A stretch of 64,000 nt of DNA, taken from Candidatus Yonathbacteria bacterium RIFCSPLOWO2_01_FULL_43_27. Lineage in GTDB: Bacteria; Patescibacteriota; Minisyncoccia; Phycocordibacterales; UBA1550. Each line of letters starts with the position of its first letter. The first letter of the stretch is position 1. A program made the position numbers and the translations under genes. The stretch lies in NCBI GenBank assembly GCA_001823545.1, contig MHUV01000003.1, forward strand, positions 6,718 through 70,717, in the 5' to 3' direction. A model generated the notes under the pieces. That model saw only the letters and a list, made by a program, of their open reading frames with translations. It had not been told where the DNA came from and searched no databases. Below are positions 60,519-64,000 of this stretch, piece after piece.

Positions 60519-60591
60519 TCCGTGATAGCTCAGTCGGTAGAGCGCCTCGCTGTTAACGAGGATGTCCCAGGTTCGAGCCCTGGTCACGGAG
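60519..60591 (+). tRNA. trnN: tRNA-Asn(GTT), CCA end not encoded
   Basis: TCCGTGA/TCACGGA acceptor, CCTCG-CTGTTAA-CGAGG anticodon arm, CCAGG-TTCGAGC-CCTGG T arm. Confidence 0.97.
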
Positions 60592-60644
60592 CAAAAACAG
60601 TTATGCCCCCGATATGAAAATATCGGGGGTTTACTGTTTTCTCA

Positions 60645-60925
60645 CGTGACCAGGGCTCGAAAGACGGAGGTCGCGAAGCCGATTTGAGCAAAGCGAAAAT
60701 CGTAGACCGAGTCGGGGTCGAGAGTACTTATGAGCAAAGCGAATTAGTAACTCGTGACCGCGCCCTGGTCGGCAAGCATTGATTAAGGGCTCGAACGCCG
60801 GAGCTATACCGAGCGAGCTACTCCGTGCGTCCGCACGGACGCTCTAGGAGCACAAAAGGTAGCGAGGCGGTGCCCAGACCGAGGCGAGTGACGACGAGCT
60901 GAGAGTCGAGGGAGAGATCCCTGGT
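60645..60925 (+). repeat. Two tandem structured units bounded by tRNA-Asn-derived termini
   Basis: CGTGACCAGGGCTCGAA (60645-60661)...GCCCTGGTC (60762-60770); AGGGCTCGAA (60786-60795)...CCCTGGT (60919-60925). Confidence 0.8.
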
Positions 60926-60934
60926 TGTGTGGTT

Positions 60935-60972
60935 AGCAAAAAACACCCATACGAATATGGGTGTTTTTTGCT
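60935..60972. terminator. Bidirectional terminator
   Basis: AGCAAAAAACACCCATA-CGAA-TATGGGTGTTTTTTGCT. Confidence 0.82.
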
Positions 60973-60995
60973 ACCTTGAATAAGATTCAAACCTA

Positions 60996-61024
60996 TTGAC
61001 ATTAGTGAACGGCTCACATATAGT
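60996..61024 (+). promoter_or_regulatory. Sigma70 promoter pointing into the 3' end of the NYN gene
   Basis: TTGACA-17 bp-TATAGT. Confidence 0.65.
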
Positions 61025-61030
61025 ATAAAT

Positions 61031-61086
61031 ATCACTACGAAAGAGACCCTGATGTAGATACGTCTACATTGGGGGCTTTTTCTTTT
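61031..61086 (+). ncRNA. Putative small hairpin RNA antisense to the NYN gene 3' end
   Basis: 20-position stem 61039-61082 with three G-U wobbles, one mismatch and a UACG loop, then a U-run; promoter directly upstream. Confidence 0.55.
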
Positions 61087-61568
61087 AATCTCACGGTAGA
61101 AAATTTATGATAATGTTCGTTCAAAAACGTTATTTCAATATTTTTATTTTTTAACAAAATAGAGCACTTCTTTTCGTCGGGAGCTACGACACGATTAATT
61201 ACTTTGTTGTCTTGCAAAAACTGTACCAAACACCCAAAATCACCATCACCTGTTACTAAGATACAAGAAGTAAATGCTTTCATATAAAAATCGGAAACTG
61301 TCTTGAGCACCAATTCCGCGTCACAATTACCTTTAACCGTTCCTTCAAATGAAACTGTTTGTTTAAAAACAAGAATAAAACCACACTCCTGAAGATACTC
61401 GTAAAAGGATGTCCTGCTTGGAACAAGGCCAATAAAAAGATAGACGTTCGCTGGATTATATTTTTGACGAAGCCATCCGCGAAACTTTTTATAGTCTATT
61501 TCAAAACTAAGCTCTTTTGCTGAGCGATAGAGATTATTTCCATCAATATAAATATTGATTTTATTCAT
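61035..61568 (-). CDS. NYN/LabA-DUF88 (PIN-like) ribonuclease domain protein
   Basis: YIDGNNL, KGNCDAEL, LVTGDGDF, CSILLK. Confidence 0.9.
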   Translation of the reverse strand: MNKINIYIDGNNLYRSAKELSFEIDYKKFRGWLRQKYNPANVYLFIGLVPSRTSFYEYLQECGFILVFKQTVSFEGTVKGNCDAELVLKTVSDFYMKAFTSCILVTGDGDFGCLVQFLQDNKVINRVVAPDEKKCSILLKNKNIEITFLNEHYHKFSTVRLKEKAPNVDVSTSGSLS

Positions 61569-61707
61569 TACATAATTTTAACACACAAAGCCTAATTGTT
61601 TCCATCGATAATTACTTGCCAAAGTGCAGTCTTAGTCGCACGTCTATATTCATATATTTCCCCTCCCCTTGCTATTTATCCATTAAAAGTGCAGACTCCT
61701 CTTATCT

Positions 61708-62154
61708 ATGACAAAATACAATAAACCAAGCAGTGGGAAGAGTTTTGGCGAGAAGAGAAGCAAGCCTTCATTTGGCGGTAGCCGTTCTGGTGCATCGAGT
61801 TTCAGTAAGAAAAATTGGAGTGGAAGTAGATCGAGTGATGGCCCTGTCACCCTCCACAAAGCAACTTGTTCCGAATGCAATAAAGTATGCGAAGTACCTT
61901 TTCGGCCAATGAGCGGAAAGCCTGTCTACTGCAAAAATTGCTTTAACCCTGCAGGGGGAAGTTCTCGGGATGACAGAAGTGGAGACCGATTTCAAAAGAA
62001 AGAATTCAGTCCACGTAGCTCATACACTCCTCGTTCTGAAAACAGTACGGACAACAATGGTGCAATAATGAAGCAGTTAGAACTCATCAACACTAAACTC
62101 GAAAAACTAGCACGCACCGTAGAGTCTTTGACGAAGAAAAATTCAGACGAATAG
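61708..62154 (+). CDS. CxxC-x17-CxxC zinc-ribbon protein
   Basis: HKATCSECNKVCEVPFRPMSGKPVYCKNCF with RGS-rich flanks. Confidence 0.9.
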   Translation: MTKYNKPSSGKSFGEKRSKPSFGGSRSGASSFSKKNWSGSRSSDGPVTLHKATCSECNKVCEVPFRPMSGKPVYCKNCFNPAGGSSRDDRSGDRFQKKEFSPRSSYTPRSENSTDNNGAIMKQLELINTKLEKLARTVESLTKKNSDE

Positions 62155-62199
62155 AGCATTAAAAATGCATATTGGTTATTTTTTAAAAATTAAATTGTT

Positions 62200-62382
62200 A
62201 TGAAAATAATTAAAGTAACACACACATTACTTGCCCTCGTATCAGGAGTGCTTCTCATAGGGTACGGTGGTTGGGATGACAGCCCTGGTGCTCAAGGTAT
62301 CGGGCTTCTTACCATCATCGGGAGTATCATACTGATTGTATCTATGTACCGAAATTCAAGAAAGGTAAAAGATCTCCGCTAA
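62200..62382 (+). CDS. Small two-TM hypothetical protein
   Basis: YGGWDDSPGAQGIG motif between two TM segments. Confidence 0.7.
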   Translation: MKIIKVTHTLLALVSGVLLIGYGGWDDSPGAQGIGLLTIIGSIILIVSMYRNSRKVKDLR

Positions 62383-62485
62383 ATTCTTACCGCCCATACT
62401 TCCCTGACAAAAAAGCCGCTACGACATAAGCACGGATTATTAAGACATCCTGATGTTATATTTTCCAATGTGGCAAACCGGAAAG

Positions 62486-63103
62486 TTAGAACCCCAGTTT
62501 TTCATTCACAAAAATAACGTGAGATTTGCGTCCCATAAACGGCTGTTCTTTGTTAATGACCAGCATTTTGGAAATATAACTGCCACCCATACCGACTGAT
62601 TTCATGCGCTCGTCCTCCAGCGGGTATACGTATTCTTTAAGGCGAGCGATTGCCGTATCAAGATCAGATGTAATTTTTTGTAAACCGACAACAAAGATGA
62701 GATTGGGAGATGTAAAGACGAGATGAGGAAGCTGACTGCCGGAATTGGAGGCGACAACGATTTCGCCTGTTTCCGTAACGGCATGCGCACTGCCTAAGTA
62801 AAAATCAGACAAGACTGATTGCTTACGAAGCTCAGCTTGTTTTATATGATCCTTTTCGGCAAGGATAGTCGCGTGCAGATTGTTCCATCCGTGCTTACCT
62901 TCCCTGAGATAGTCAACAAAGCCTATTTCCTCAAGCGTACGGGATGATCCATTCATTACTGATGCGCCATGGGGTATCAATGTTTTGATTTTTTCGAGCG
63001 CTTCAACACGAGATTCTACAAATTCCGGCAAATGACCGCGCTCTTTAAGTGAGGCCATCGTCTTTTGAATTGATTCTTTTGATGCGAGTATGTTGTATTT
63101 CAT
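62486..63103 (-). CDS. LUD (LutC/YkgG-like) domain protein
   Basis: GSSRTLEEIG, SAHAVTETGEIV..SNSGSQL, VVGLQKI. Confidence 0.88.
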   Translation of the reverse strand: MKYNILASKESIQKTMASLKERGHLPEFVESRVEALEKIKTLIPHGASVMNGSSRTLEEIGFVDYLREGKHGWNNLHATILAEKDHIKQAELRKQSVLSDFYLGSAHAVTETGEIVVASNSGSQLPHLVFTSPNLIFVVGLQKITSDLDTAIARLKEYVYPLEDERMKSVGMGGSYISKMLVINKEQPFMGRKSHVIFVNEKLGF

Positions 63104-63108
63104 AACTT

Positions 63109-63320
63109 TTATTGATTATGTTTGCGTGCTAAATTTGTTGCCAGTTTTTTGAGCAATCCGGCCATACAGGAAACATTAACCGAATACAGCACACCTCTTG
63201 GTCTTGTCGCTCATCCTCGACTAAATTGGCGGACTAAAAGACTTTAAGGTGTTGAGACACGGCTGATTGAGAGAGGTTAATCTTCGTGACGATTTCTTTA
63301 CATAAGTCTGTTATATACAA
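63109..63320 (-). pseudogene. Degraded ArsR/SmtB-family regulator
   Basis: LCKEIVTKINLSQSAVSQHLKVF*SANLVEDERQDQEV, then frameshift to YSVNVSCMAGLLKKL; N-terminus missing. Confidence 0.7.
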
Positions 63321-63447
63321 ATATTAGAATATCGTAATATATAATGCAATGGCCTTTTGTCTGAGTAAATACCTTTGTGCTAAGTTCGCAATTATGATCG
63401 AAGGTAAACTATTTGCGCTGGTCTTGTGTGGGGTATATTATTAATAT

Positions 63448-64000
63448 ATGCAATTAAATCCATTGACTCCAGAGGAAGAAAATGTGATAGAAAGGAAAGG
63501 AACGGAAAAGCCTTTTTCTGGACAATATGACAATTTTACTCGAGAGGGTATCTATCTCTGTCGACGGTGTAACTCCCCTCTTTATGAATCTAAAGATAAA
63601 TTTGACGCGCATTGCGGTTGGCCAAGCTTTGATAATGAAATAGAGGGTGCAGTAAAAAGACAGGTTGATAAGGACGGTTTGCGGACGGAAATAATTTGTG
63701 CCACGTGCGGAGCTCATCTTGGACACGTATTTGAAGGAGAGAACATGACAGAGAATAATGTCAGGCATTGTGTGAATTCTCTCTCGATGCAATTTATACC
63801 AACAGAATTTGGAGAGAACGAGGATCATTCCGCTGTTTTTGCCGGAGGGTGCTTCTGGTGTTTAGAGGCAGTGTTTAAGGAAATTAAAGGAGTGTCGTTG
63901 GTGATACCCGGATACTCTGGCGGACATATTTCAAATCCGAATTATGAGAGAGTAAAGAAAGGTGACACCGGCCATGCCGAATCAGTAGAGATAAAATACG
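63448..64000 (+). CDS. msrBA: Bifunctional MsrB-MsrA methionine sulfoxide reductase (runs off window)
   Basis: Manual translation: [31 protein letters not shown], then [18 protein letters not shown]. Confidence 0.95.
   Translation, partial: MQLNPLTPEEENVIERKGTEKPFSGQYDNFTREGIYLCRRCNSPLYESKDKFDAHCGWPSFDNEIEGAVKRQVDKDGLRTEIICATCGAHLGHVFEGENMTENNVRHCVNSLSMQFIPTEFGENEDHSAVFAGGCFWCLEAVFKEIKGVSLVIPGYSGGHISNPNYERVKKGDTGHAESVEIKY

Overview
This 64 kb window looks like chromosomal DNA from a Patescibacteria (CPR, Parcubacteria-like) bacterium using the standard genetic code. The taxonomy is inferred from gene content and protein motifs. Housekeeping genes include rpmG, rpsP, rplU, mnmA, mltG, leuS (with an internal NUDIX domain), ychF, rmuC, uvrA/uvrB/uvrC-like, tgt, rlmH, a malic enzyme, a ROK kinase, a GH15-GH57-GT4 alpha-glucan cluster and an msrBA fusion. 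There is also a copper-efflux island, an ECF sigma/anti-sigma pair, tRNA-Trp and tRNA-Asn. The main unexplained structure is non-coding. (1) Both tRNA genes are followed by tandem structured units whose termini are antisense and sense copies of that same tRNA's own T-arm/acceptor strand, while the internal cores are shared between the two loci. (2) A NYN ribonuclease gene has a convergent sigma70 promoter that would drive a ~55-nt hairpin RNA antisense to its 3' end, a candidate RNA-antitoxin system. (3) A five-copy modular MITE-like family shares a module with the tRNA-Trp units. (4) A REP-like palindrome sits in frame twice inside the uvrC-like gene, encoding PRSDLG each time. (5) Eight self-contained cassettes of mostly unassignable genes carry -35/-10 promoters, strong Shine-Dalgarno sites and terminators, and are scattered among largely leaderless housekeeping genes. 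All calls come from reading the sequence only; no database searches were run.
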